DNA of 64,000 bases, from contig QMRC01000001.1 in the NCBI GenBank assembly GCA_003649205.1, positions 160,001 to 224,000 of the forward strand, read 5' to 3'. This DNA comes from Thermoprotei archaeon (lineage in GTDB: Archaea > Thermoproteota > Thermoprotei > Thermoproteales > B15-G16). Positions 1 to 9,183 of the stretch are shown here, piece after piece (the first letter of the stretch is position 1; each line of letters opens with the position of its first letter). The position numbers and the translations under genes were made by a program. The notes beneath the pieces were generated by a model. It searched no databases and had not been told where the DNA came from. It saw only the letters and a list, made by a program, of their open reading frames with translations.

Positions 1-2
1 AG

Positions 3-197
3 ATAATCAAGAACCTAGTTCCAGTAGCGATACCAGCAGTAATCGTAGCTACATTGAGGGCTATAGACCTAGCTGAAGTCCTAGCACTAAGAGGTGTAGC
101 ACTCAAGAAAGTAAGATCTAGACCATCCATAACCCACTATGATGTACTACTGCTCGCAGTAGTAATAGCAATAGCAACAATACCCTTCACCACCTAA
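3..197 (+). CDS. 3' end of a probable ECF transporter transmembrane (T/CbiQ-like) component, partial
   Basis: Frame from base 3 reads IIKNLVPVAIPAVIVATLRAIDLAEVLALRG...hydrophobic tail, stop TAA 195-197; RAxxLAxxLxxRG resembles the EcfT coupling helices. Confidence 0.55.
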   Translation: MIKNLVPVAIPAVIVATLRAIDLAEVLALRGVALKKVRSRPSITHYDVLLLAVVIAIATIPFTT

Positions 198-256
198 AAT
201 GAGAAACCTAAAAGTAGATACATTAAAAACCTAGAGAGAAGTACACAGTCGATAGA

Positions 257-344
257 GCCGGGGTGCCCGAGCCAGGTCAAAGGGGGCGGATTCAGGGTCC
301 GCTGGTGTAGGCCTGCGTGGGTTCAAATCCCACCCCCGGCACCA
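257..344 (+). tRNA. tRNA-Leu(CAG)
   Basis: Acceptor GCCGGGG/CCCCGGC, anticodon arm GCGGA-TTCAGGG-TCCGC, long variable arm, GTTCAAATC T-loop, encoded CCA. Confidence 0.96.
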
Positions 345-349
345 CAAAC

Positions 350-793
350 CTAGCTCTCTAGCACCTCTATGTAGACTCTAACTCTCTTACCTATCAACCT
401 AGCTGGAACCTGTACCTCAATAACAGCTCTTCTCCTAGTTTGTTTCTGCTGTTGCTGCTTCTTGGTCTTTCTCTGTGGTTTCTTCTCCTTAACAACAACT
501 TCCTTAGGCCCAATTCTCTCAACTACCTTTGGTGATGTCTTAGCTACAACTTGTTCAATTGCACCGATACCCCACTTCGTTAGTGAGTATATTGCATTAG
601 CTACTTCAGGTACCTCCGAGGGGAGAAATATTGAACCGCACTTAGGACATCTAACCTCACGTAGGTCAACTAACTCCATACCCTGGTACTCAGCCTTTAT
701 ACCGTATACGTACCTCAATTCGAATCTACCATCAAATACAACAATAACTTCACTCCAATCAGCTCCACATCTAGGGCACTTACCGTAGCTCAA
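350..793 (-). CDS. Hypothetical Zn-ribbon protein with C-terminal DUF2080-like beta segment
   Basis: CPRC...CPKC pair, Lys/Gln-rich linker, C-terminal VPARLIGKRVRVYI; GGTGA SD before TTG start. Confidence 0.65.
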   Translation of the reverse strand: MSYGKCPRCGADWSEVIVVFDGRFELRYVYGIKAEYQGMELVDLREVRCPKCGSIFLPSEVPEVANAIYSLTKWGIGAIEQVVAKTSPKVVERIGPKEVVVKEKKPQRKTKKQQQQKQTRRRAVIEVQVPARLIGKRVRVYIEVLES

Positions 794-883
794 GTCTGAT
801 CACCGTATTGAGAAACCATGATTTACTTATAAGGTTGTTCACCTCTGTGGTTCTAGGGTTACTGTACTTAGAGGTGAGAGTAC

Positions 884-2281
884 TTGATATCTAGAGCTAT
901 GATAAGGAATGTTGATGAACTTCGTGTAGCACCTGATGATGTAACTGCCAAAGCAAGAGAAATTGCTATAGCTCTTCTCGAAGCTGGATTGAAAGCAGCT
1001 GATCCTGTAACTGCTATTGAGAGAAACGTAGTTCTCGAAGGTGAGAAGCTAAGGATTAGAGACCTTGTCCTAGACTTGTCTAAGTACGATAGGGTACTTG
1101 TGGTTGGTGGTGGTAAGGCTTCAGCAGCTATGGCGTATGCTCTTGAGAAGGTACTCGATAAGTACATAACTGCAGGACTAGTAGTCGTACCCAGGGGTCT
1201 AGCTGAGACGTATAGGACTGAGAAGATTAGACTTCTTGAAGGTACTCACCCAATACCTAGTGAAGTGAATAGGAAGCACTGTGAGGAAATTATTGAGTTA
1301 CTGAAGCAAACTACCGAGAGAGATCTCGTGATATGTCTCATATCCGGTGGTGGTTCAGCTCTTCTCTGCTGTCCATACGATACCATATCTATGGAGGATA
1401 TGATGATGCTCACCAAGATACTGCTCAAGTGTGGTGCAAACATCAATGAGATCAATGTCGTGAGGAAGCATGTAGAGAAGCTCAAGGGTGGTAGATTAGC
1501 TAAGTTAGCTCACCCAGCAACCGTAGTCTCACTAATAGTATCTGATGTTGTTGGTGATCCACTCGATACAATAGCATCAGGACCGACAGCACCAGACCCA
1601 TCAACGTATAGTGATGCAATAAGCATACTGAAAAGGTACGGTGTGTGGGATGAAGTACCGGAGAGCGTGAGGGAAGTACTGAGTAAGGGAGCTAGAGGAG
1701 AGTTGGAAGAATCTCCAGGACCCGAAGACCCGGTATTCATGAAGGTACATAACGTAATCATAGCTAGTAATGAGCTTTCTCTAAAGGCTATGGAGCAAAA
1801 GGCTAGAGAGCTAGGTCTAAACACCTTAGTACTGACATCGTATCTAGAGGGCGAAGCAAAGGAGGTAGGTAAGGTCTTAGCCTCATTAGCAAAGCAGGTA
1901 CACTTTAAGGACTATCCACTTAAGAGACCATGTGCATTAATTGCTGGTGGTGAGACAACAGTTACATTACCTGCATACGGTGTTGGTTTAGGTGGTAGGA
2001 ATCAGGAGCTAGCGCTATCAGCAGCATTAATGATAAGAGGTTTGAGAGGTGTCGTCATAGCATCTATGGGTACCGATGGTATAGATGGTAATAGTGACGC
2101 AGCTGGAGCTATAGTGGATGGGTATACAGTAGATGAAGCATTGAAGAAGGGATTAGACCCCTATGACCACCTAGCTAAACACGATAGCTACACGTTCTTC
2201 AAGAAATTAGGGAGACACTTAATCATGACAGGACCAACAGGAACAAACGTGAATGACATAATGACTGTAGTCTGTCTCTAG
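884..2281 (+). CDS. Glycerate 2-kinase (MOFRL/GckA class)
   Basis: GGGKAS, ISGGGSAL, KGGRLA, SDVVGD..IASGPT, GGETTV, GGRNQE, GTDGIDG, TGPTGTNVND. Confidence 0.93.
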   Translation: MISRAMIRNVDELRVAPDDVTAKAREIAIALLEAGLKAADPVTAIERNVVLEGEKLRIRDLVLDLSKYDRVLVVGGGKASAAMAYALEKVLDKYITAGLVVVPRGLAETYRTEKIRLLEGTHPIPSEVNRKHCEEIIELLKQTTERDLVICLISGGGSALLCCPYDTISMEDMMMLTKILLKCGANINEINVVRKHVEKLKGGRLAKLAHPATVVSLIVSDVVGDPLDTIASGPTAPDPSTYSDAISILKRYGVWDEVPESVREVLSKGARGELEESPGPEDPVFMKVHNVIIASNELSLKAMEQKARELGLNTLVLTSYLEGEAKEVGKVLASLAKQVHFKDYPLKRPCALIAGGETTVTLPAYGVGLGGRNQELALSAALMIRGLRGVVIASMGTDGIDGNSDAAGAIVDGYTVDEALKKGLDPYDHLAKHDSYTFFKKLGRHLIMTGPTGTNVNDIMTVVCL

Positions 2282-2298
2282 CTCCTTAACCTACGCGT

Positions 2299-3360
2299 TC
2301 AGAATACTCCGTAGAGTGGTCGCTTAGGTGGAACTACGTATCTACCTACAATTGGTATTTTTGCTCCACATTCGGGACAAGTCATATCCTCCCTTAGATT
2401 CCACTCAAGTATTTCGAAGCCGAATCTAGCTATGAGTCTCTTACCGCATTCCGGACAGTAAGTATGTTCGTACCTGTGACCTGGTACATTACCTATGTAC
2501 ACGAACTTAATACCTTCCTCTCTAGCTATTTCACAAGCCTTCTCAAGTACCTGTACCGGTGTTGGTTCTACATCGAGGAATCTGTACTCTGGGTAAAACC
2601 TCGAGAAGTGTAGTGGTGTATCTGGTCCCAGTTCATCAACTATGTACTTACACATCTTCCTTATGTCGTCGAAGTTGTCATTTACTGTCGGTATGATTAG
2701 GTACGTTATCTCTATGTGTAGACCTCTTCTCTTCATTTCCTTAGTAGCGTGAAGTACTGGCTCTAGTCTTGCCTTTATGTACTTGCTGTATACTTCCTCT
2801 CTGAATGCTTTCCAATCGACGTTTGCAGCATCTATGTACTTACACAGCTCATCTAGAGCTTCATCAGTTGCGTACCCATTAGTGACGAGGATGTTCATTA
2901 ACCCCTCTCTCTTTGCTAACTTAGCGACATCTACAACGTACTCAAACCAAATTATTGGTTCATTATATGTGTAGGATATGCTCATACAACCATACGACTT
3001 TGCCTCCTCGACAACTAGCTCAGGATCCATGTGTCGGAGATGCCATGAGTAGTTCTTTATCGTTGTCTGCGATATCGGCCAATTTTGACACCATGGACAT
3101 CTGAAGTTGCAGCCTACACTAGCTATGCTGTATGTTAGGTGATTTGGCCAGAAGTGGTAGAGCGGTTTCTTCATTACTGGATCAATACCTATTGACGATA
3201 CCTTACCGTATGAGAGGAGAACTAGCTTACCACCCCTATTCTCACGCATACCACATATACCTGTAGCACCTGGAGGTATAACACACCTGTGAGGACATAC
3301 GAGACACTGAAAGGTTCCATTACCTAGGTCCTTACATAATCTAGCTAGTACTTCAGGCAT
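2299..3360 (-). CDS. amrS: AmmeMemoRadiSam-type radical SAM enzyme (PFL-activase-like)
   Basis: N-terminal CxxCPxxC...C, DPVMKKPLYHF, GCNFRCPWCQN, YTYNEP, HFSRFYP, YIGNVPG, C-terminal CPECG pairs. Confidence 0.85.
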   Translation of the reverse strand: MPEVLARLCKDLGNGTFQCLVCPHRCVIPPGATGICGMRENRGGKLVLLSYGKVSSIGIDPVMKKPLYHFWPNHLTYSIASVGCNFRCPWCQNWPISQTTIKNYSWHLRHMDPELVVEEAKSYGCMSISYTYNEPIIWFEYVVDVAKLAKREGLMNILVTNGYATDEALDELCKYIDAANVDWKAFREEVYSKYIKARLEPVLHATKEMKRRGLHIEITYLIIPTVNDNFDDIRKMCKYIVDELGPDTPLHFSRFYPEYRFLDVEPTPVQVLEKACEIAREEGIKFVYIGNVPGHRYEHTYCPECGKRLIARFGFEILEWNLREDMTCPECGAKIPIVGRYVVPPKRPLYGVF

Positions 3361-3416
3361 GTGGATGCACCTACGTTATGTAGTGCACCTGTGTAGAATA
3401 TAAGATCTCTTGAGAT

Positions 3417-4613
3417 TTGTTTAAGAGCTTTGAGAGTAGTTCTATGGGGTGTCTGTACGTGGGTTTACAGACAGATGCTATTCACTCACACGGTTACTAC
3501 GATGAGGCTACAGGTACGTTCATACCACCGATCTACCAGGTAGCTATGTTTGAGCAAATTGTTGAGCCTAGACTCAGCGACCGTGGTGTTGACCTCAAAT
3601 ACTCTAGGGAGGAAAATCCAACTGTTAGATGTTTAGAGAGAGTAATTGCAAGGCTTGAAGAAGGTGATGATGCACTGTGCTTTTCAAGCGGCATGGCTGC
3701 AATATCCTGTGTGTACATTGGCTTACTCAGGAAGGGAGATAGAGTCGTGATACCTATGGAAGCTTATGGAACAACCATACAGCTCGCACTCGAGCTAAAG
3801 GAGAAATTCGGAATAGAGGTTGTTACCGTGTACCCAGAAACCGAGGAAGTAATCAATGCAGTGAACAGAAACACGAAGCTAGTCCTCGTTGAGACAATAA
3901 CGAACCCAATGCTCAGAGTAATAGACGTACCTGAAGTAGCTAAGGTATGTAAGGAATACGGAGTTACACTAGTAGTGGACAATACCTTCGCAACACCAGT
4001 ACTGTACAAACCACTGAGAGATGGAGCAACACTAGTTATCCACAGTATGACTAAGTATATAGCAGGTCACAACGATGTTATTGCTGGATCAGTAATTGGA
4101 TCAAGAGAATTAATCCTACATCTATGGGATTGGAGAAGAAAATTAGGAACGATAATACCACCCTTCGAAGCGTACCTAGTACTTAGAGGAGTCAAGACAC
4201 TTGAGCTTAGAGTTAGAAAGCACTGTGAGAATGCACAAGCAGTAGCTGAGTTCCTAAAGGAGCATTCAAGAGTTGAGGAGGTCTTGTACCCTGGATTACC
4301 AGATAATAGGTATCACGAAGTAGCTAAGAAGCTACTTAGAGGTGGATTTGGAGGAGTTGTCTCATTTAAGATTAAGGGAGGTAAAGAAGAAGTACGTAAA
4401 TTCTTCAAGAACCTCAAAGTAATTAAACCAGCACCAAGTCTAGGAGGACCTGAGAGCCTAATAACGTACCCAGTGCTCAGTGCAGCAAGGACAATACCTG
4501 TAGAATTTAGGGAGAAATTAGGAATTACAGAGAACTTAGTTAGACTATCAGTTGGTCTCGAGGATGTTAATGACATAATCGAGGACCTAGATAGAGCACT
4601 TAAAGCAATTTAG
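3417..4613 (+). CDS. PLP-dependent Cys/Met metabolism enzyme (cystathionine gamma-synthase/lyase family); true start probably GTG near 3459
   Basis: YSREENPT, FSSGMAAI, ETITNP, VDNTFATP, HSMTKYIAGH (PLP Lys), SLGG.ESL, RLSVGLE. Confidence 0.9.
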   Translation: MFKSFESSSMGCLYVGLQTDAIHSHGYYDEATGTFIPPIYQVAMFEQIVEPRLSDRGVDLKYSREENPTVRCLERVIARLEEGDDALCFSSGMAAISCVYIGLLRKGDRVVIPMEAYGTTIQLALELKEKFGIEVVTVYPETEEVINAVNRNTKLVLVETITNPMLRVIDVPEVAKVCKEYGVTLVVDNTFATPVLYKPLRDGATLVIHSMTKYIAGHNDVIAGSVIGSRELILHLWDWRRKLGTIIPPFEAYLVLRGVKTLELRVRKHCENAQAVAEFLKEHSRVEEVLYPGLPDNRYHEVAKKLLRGGFGGVVSFKIKGGKEEVRKFFKNLKVIKPAPSLGGPESLITYPVLSAARTIPVEFREKLGITENLVRLSVGLEDVNDIIEDLDRALKAI

Positions 4614-4825
4614 TTAATCATCTTCGCCCTCTAATTAGCATCAAGAATTTCCTTAACAACCCCCATCTCCACCTATACCTCCACCTATGTCTATACCTCA
4701 TCAACACACCCAATAGAAAAGAGAATTAGACACAGTAAAAGAACTTTTCCCTCACACAACAACAGGGTAAACCCATGTAGAAAGCCATATAAAGCCCTTA
4801 GAGATGACAAAGAGAGACGAGAACT

Positions 4826-4933
4826 GGGCCCGTAGCTCAGCCTGGTAGAGCGTCGGGCTCTTAACTTGGGTCTGAGGATCGATGACTGGGAGAGACCCGA
4901 AGGTCCCGGGTTCAAATCCCGGCGGGCCCGCCA
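4826..4933 (+). tRNA. tRNA-Lys(CTT) with 31-nt intron (4864-4894) at position 37/38
   Basis: Acceptor GGGCCCG/CGGGCCC, anticodon stem TCGGG/CCCGA, loop CT-CTT-A|intron|A; central helix CTCT/GGAG with 3-nt bulges gives a BHB-type splice motif; CCA encoded. Confidence 0.95.
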
Positions 4934-5047
4934 TACTCCCTCCTCCTCACCACAATCACTAGAGGCAAATCTACGACCCTTAAGATGTTAAGCTATAAAT
5001 TAGCCTTAAGAGTTTAAACCTTAGATCGACTAGGGTTGTGACAGTGT

Positions 5048-6343
5048 ATGAGACTACTGGCTTTGTCCGTAATACTGAGCTTACTCTTGATATTTACTGC
5101 CATAACGTCGATGTATGGTGATTATGAGGAGAAGGTTGTTTCATTACGTGGTCTCGAAAGGTATAGGATTACTATCGACTTTAAGGTGCTTCAGTATGGT
5201 TTTGTGTTGCCTAGTCTTGAGGTTTTGCTGAGTAACTCAAGTACCTTTAAGGTGTACCTAAACAGTAAGTTCACTCCCCTACCTGGATTTTACCTATTTT
5301 TGAGGCGTATTGTTGAGCGTAGACATGCGATGCTGTGCTGTGGTTCTTGGTATGAGCTTGAGATTCATAATGACGGTAGGTTCATGAGGTTTATTGTCAA
5401 GGTGCTTAATTCAACGTTTATCGTAACCAGGGTACACACCGTACCTGTACTGTTTAGTCAGGGATTGACGTATGGTGGTGGGTATTGGTACTTTACTGGA
5501 ACAGCTTCAATCTACAAGCTTTCTCCGGACATGAGTAAGGTAGTGGAGTACAGTGATGATCCTATACCGGTGTTTCTGAAGGAGGAAGGGTACTTTCACC
5601 TAGGTGACCTGGATTACTATAGGGGCTTGTTGCTGATACCTATTGAGAAAACTGGATATGTGAGACCTGCTGTCATAGCTTGTTACAACGCATCGACGTT
5701 GGAGCTTGTTAGGTATGCGTATGTGCCTCAGGATCACATGCCGTGGATTGCTGTTGATGGGAGTGGTTACATCTATACCTCGGAGTTCTCACCTGTTCGT
5801 GAGATCTATGTGTATCACGTAGATTTGATTGGTAGGGGGAATTCTATTGAGCCTACTAGGATTTTGAGGTTGAGTTGTGAGTTGAGGAATGTCCAGGGTG
5901 GTGTTGTGCTTGGTGGTGGTAAGCTCCTTCTCTCAGCTGATGATGGTGATAATCTCTACGTTGTTGATTTGAGGAGTGGTGAGGTGAGTAAGTTAGTTAC
6001 GTTACCTGGTCTCTACGAGATGGAGGGTATTGAGTTTGTTGGTGATGATAATTCGATCTATGTACTTGTGAATACTCATGAGGAGGAGAACATCGTGTAC
6101 GAGCTCAAGTACTTTGAGAGAGGGTCTTCTCTAGAGGTATTTAGGTTGAGGACTAGTGATGTTGAGGTGCATGATAAGGTGATTATTAGGTACAGAGCAT
6201 CTGAGGTCGTTCTAGGGGGTGTGCGGTGTGAAGCTACTGGATTTGGCATGAAGACTAACCTTGGGGTAGTGCTTGGTGTTGCTGTGGTGTGTGCTCTGTT
6301 GATTACTCTCTACCGGTACTTCAGGCTTAAGAGAGTAAAGTAG
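5048..6343 (+). CDS. Secreted/membrane-anchored protein with probable beta-propeller domain
   Basis: N-terminal signal/TM helix, blade-like repeats (FSQGLTY, HLGDLDY, NVQGGVV, EMEGIEF), C-terminal TM helix plus basic tail. Confidence 0.65.
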   Translation: MRLLALSVILSLLLIFTAITSMYGDYEEKVVSLRGLERYRITIDFKVLQYGFVLPSLEVLLSNSSTFKVYLNSKFTPLPGFYLFLRRIVERRHAMLCCGSWYELEIHNDGRFMRFIVKVLNSTFIVTRVHTVPVLFSQGLTYGGGYWYFTGTASIYKLSPDMSKVVEYSDDPIPVFLKEEGYFHLGDLDYYRGLLLIPIEKTGYVRPAVIACYNASTLELVRYAYVPQDHMPWIAVDGSGYIYTSEFSPVREIYVYHVDLIGRGNSIEPTRILRLSCELRNVQGGVVLGGGKLLLSADDGDNLYVVDLRSGEVSKLVTLPGLYEMEGIEFVGDDNSIYVLVNTHEEENIVYELKYFERGSSLEVFRLRTSDVEVHDKVIIRYRASEVVLGGVRCEATGFGMKTNLGVVLGVAVVCALLITLYRYFRLKRVK

Positions 6344-6348
6344 TTAGG

Positions 6349-6403
6349 TATCAGCTAAGAGAAACTTCTTCACCTACTCTGTGAGTAGGGGCTTCATCAT
6401 CGA
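6349..6403 (-). ncRNA. Box C/D methylation-guide sRNA
   Basis: Minus strand: C box ATGATGA (6400-6394), 12-nt guide AGCCCCTACTCA, D' CAGA, 4-nt spacer, C' GTGAAGA, 12-nt guide AGTTTCTCTTAG, D box CTGA (6354-6351). Confidence 0.8.
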
Positions 6404-6455
6404 TCCCTTAATGGTGAGTACGATTATCTAGGTTACTACTTACCTTCTCCATTAA

Positions 6456-7412
6456 CTATTCAGTTCTTACCTTTACTTCATTCCTCAATCTAGTCCAAAC
6501 TTCGTACATCACTAATGACTTTGCTGTACAGCATGTGTCGAGTACATAGTCTAGTAAGTTGTCTATGGTCGTGAGTTCATTGTGTATGCTATTTCTTACA
6601 TAGTGCATCACAGGAGAACACAATACTCTGTACAATGTCTCTAGGTGGTAGAGTCTTGCTATGCTCAGTCCATGACTATACGCCTTCACCACTATTTGAT
6701 CTATGTCCTCTACCTCTAGACTACTGAGTTTCTGTAGTGAACTTACTTCACTTAGGAAGTCCATCTCAAATGCATCTATTGGTTCAGCGAATTCATCGCC
6801 TATGACAGCACTTGCCAGTAGAACTTTATTGGAGAGGTGTCTACTCGCTATCTCAATTGCTAAACCGCTTGTGTTGAGTACATTACTGTGCTTGACTATG
6901 TTCATAAGTGCTCTACTCACTTCACTTTCCATTTCCATACCGTTTACTGAGCTACCTACTGTTAAGTACATTGTCAAGATCTTGAGGTCATGGAGGAACC
7001 AGTTGAGGTGCTCAAATACTATTACCCTATCCACGTAGTATGGATCTTCTTTAGCTTCAAGTACTTCTCTGAAGTACTTAATAGCTAGGCTCAGTACCTC
7101 TTCAAAGCAATTGAGTTCTGTAGCTTTTACCCTAGTCTCTAATTCATGACTTACATCTAGTAGGTATCTCGTTACCTCACTGTAGTTACATGTCTCGACA
7201 AGTATGGTACTGAGTTTAAAGAACTTCCATTCCAACCAGTCAATTAATTTCAGTTTCTTAGCTATGTGCTGAACTAAGTGATTGCTACTAGTTACTGATT
7301 CCAGTAGGTGAGTTGACTGATTTAATTCCTGGATATGTGTAATGAGTTCTCTGTGGAATCTATAGGTGTTGAAGTTGTTCTTAATCACTAGGTTTAGTAA
7401 GTGAATCAGCAC
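6456..7412 (-). CDS. Hypothetical helical protein, last gene of a 4-gene operon
   Basis: 318-aa ORF co-oriented and closely spaced with the upstream ATPase module; no recognisable motif. Confidence 0.6.
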   Translation of the reverse strand: MLIHLLNLVIKNNFNTYRFHRELITHIQELNQSTHLLESVTSSNHLVQHIAKKLKLIDWLEWKFFKLSTILVETCNYSEVTRYLLDVSHELETRVKATELNCFEEVLSLAIKYFREVLEAKEDPYYVDRVIVFEHLNWFLHDLKILTMYLTVGSSVNGMEMESEVSRALMNIVKHSNVLNTSGLAIEIASRHLSNKVLLASAVIGDEFAEPIDAFEMDFLSEVSSLQKLSSLEVEDIDQIVVKAYSHGLSIARLYHLETLYRVLCSPVMHYVRNSIHNELTTIDNLLDYVLDTCCTAKSLVMYEVWTRLRNEVKVRTE

Positions 7413-7433
7413 AGTGTATAATACGTGGTTGTC

Positions 7434-8081
7434 TTACTTCAGTATTTCAGTTAGTAAGATTATGGGGTCTATGTTCCTGTCTACTAGCTCTTGTTGAAGG
7501 AGCCAGTATGTGAAGATACCTAGTGCTAGCTTCTTCACGTAGTACGTAGTTGCTGAATTGTACTTCTCTAGTAACTTAAGTGGTGTAAATCTTAGCTGTA
7601 TCTTTGTACTATCTAAATTCAGTACCATTCTCGTTTCTTGGTCTAGTGGTTTATCGACTAGGAAGTTCTGTGGTACCTCTGTGCTTAGGTAGGATCTCCA
7701 GCCAATACCCCTACTGGTGTAGAGTACGTACTCTCTCGTAGCTACTACTATTGATGAGTTTGGTAGCTGCACCATAAACCCTCTCTTCTTTAATGTTTCG
7801 TAATCCTTTTTGACTAATTCAGCTATGTTCTTCGGTGTTGATGTTGTTAATCTTATGAGTACTGCCTTCTTTACAGCTACTCCCTTCTCTTCAAACACTA
7901 TAAACCCTTCATACCTCCTCCTTCTCGGTATTACATGGCCACTTCCAATCTGTACTCTTCCAAGGTGTATTGCCACAATACCGAACTTAGGTAGTGCTTT
8001 ACTGTATTTCCTCAGTGCATCGCCTACATACTTGAGCATCTGGTATACTTCTCGGTACCTTCCCTCAACCTCACTACCCAC
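7434..8081 (-). CDS. Hypothetical protein
   Basis: 215-aa ORF starting 1 nt after the ATPase stop, with GGAGG SD inside the upstream gene. Confidence 0.65.
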   Translation of the reverse strand: MGSEVEGRYREVYQMLKYVGDALRKYSKALPKFGIVAIHLGRVQIGSGHVIPRRRRYEGFIVFEEKGVAVKKAVLIRLTTSTPKNIAELVKKDYETLKKRGFMVQLPNSSIVVATREYVLYTSRGIGWRSYLSTEVPQNFLVDKPLDQETRMVLNLDSTKIQLRFTPLKLLEKYNSATTYYVKKLALGIFTYWLLQQELVDRNIDPIILLTEILK

Positions 8082-8082
8082 A

Positions 8083-9117
8083 CTAATCGACCTCCATAGT
8101 TATGTCCAGTTCATTGAGTAGGTTCTGGAAGTGTCTGAGTACCTGCTCATTGTACACAGTGCTCTCGAGTAGTCTACGAAGTACGTCGGATTCGGTACTA
8201 GCTTCATGCAGTCGAAGCTTCATCAAGGCCTCGTACAGTGCTCTGATGCTACCGGGATTCCTCGAGGACCAAACTAGCTTAGTAACGATGTCAGCAACTA
8301 GTTCTTCGAGGTCAGTACTACTTCTCAGCATTGGGAGTAGGGACCTGAGTATGTACCTGACATCGCTTTTCTGAAGTGGATCAAGTACGTAGATGCTGAG
8401 TATTCCTCTCTGGTACGATAACCATCTCTCAAAGCTTAGCTTATTTTCCTCTGTGAGTATTGGTAGCACTGCTACTACGACCTTTACGTGTTCTTCATGA
8501 CTTCTACTCGTTAAGTGGTTGAAGAAGGTCGATAATCCTCTCCAATCGAGACCTGGTACCTCTATGAGAGGTTCAAACTGATCCCATAGTAGAGCTACCT
8601 TCAGATTTAGCTTCTCAATTAATCTACACATAGCTAGAACTAGCTCATGGATACTAGCTCTCGTCTCTGTAGAGGACTTAACTATCTCCTTCATGCTGGG
8701 AATTAGTGATTTGGCTTGAGATAGTACTCCCACCTCATCTAGATTATCGATGAAGTCTACTGGTGAATTACCTATGTGAATGGGTCCATATGGTGGTCCT
8801 CTAGCTAGATCACTAACTACATACTCAAGTAAATTACGTATCAATTCGTTAACTTCAACGTAACTCCTTCTCATGTACTCAAAAGCATACCCAACTCTAA
8901 ATCTAATGACGAAGAATCCTCTCCTAATTAGTTCACTACCGATAGCTTTGAGCAAGTGCGTTTTGCCGAAACCGTAGTCTCCAATGATGATTGTGGGTCT
9001 ATATCCTTCAGCTAGAATTCTAGCCTTTACGCTTCTGTAGTCAATGTACTTAGTCCTCTCGATATCACTTAGAGATTTAAGCTCTTCGGCATCAATTAGT
9101 GTAAGTGTGCTCTGCAC
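8083..9117 (-). CDS. P-loop/AAA+ ATPase of unknown function
   Basis: Walker A IIGDYGFGKT, variant Walker B ALLWDQFE, lid-like LDPL...NPGSIR; GGAGGTG SD. Confidence 0.8.
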   Translation of the reverse strand: MQSTLTLIDAEELKSLSDIERTKYIDYRSVKARILAEGYRPTIIIGDYGFGKTHLLKAIGSELIRRGFFVIRFRVGYAFEYMRRSYVEVNELIRNLLEYVVSDLARGPPYGPIHIGNSPVDFIDNLDEVGVLSQAKSLIPSMKEIVKSSTETRASIHELVLAMCRLIEKLNLKVALLWDQFEPLIEVPGLDWRGLSTFFNHLTSRSHEEHVKVVVAVLPILTEENKLSFERWLSYQRGILSIYVLDPLQKSDVRYILRSLLPMLRSSTDLEELVADIVTKLVWSSRNPGSIRALYEALMKLRLHEASTESDVLRRLLESTVYNEQVLRHFQNLLNELDITMEVD

Positions 9118-9183
9118 ACACCTCCCATTAGGTGCTTGGTATGTTGAGGATAATTAATTATTTACGACTCACAATTACCTGTA

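Noticed and set aside
4691-4934. Short minus-strand ORFs (74 and 60 aa)
   Set aside because: Antisense to tRNA-Lys; shadow ORFs.
6361-6402. IS605-like right-end hairpin (CCTACTC-TGT-GAGTAGG)
   Set aside because: Better explained by the box C/D sRNA with exact 12-nt guide spacing; no terminal TCA tetranucleotide or tnpB adjacent.
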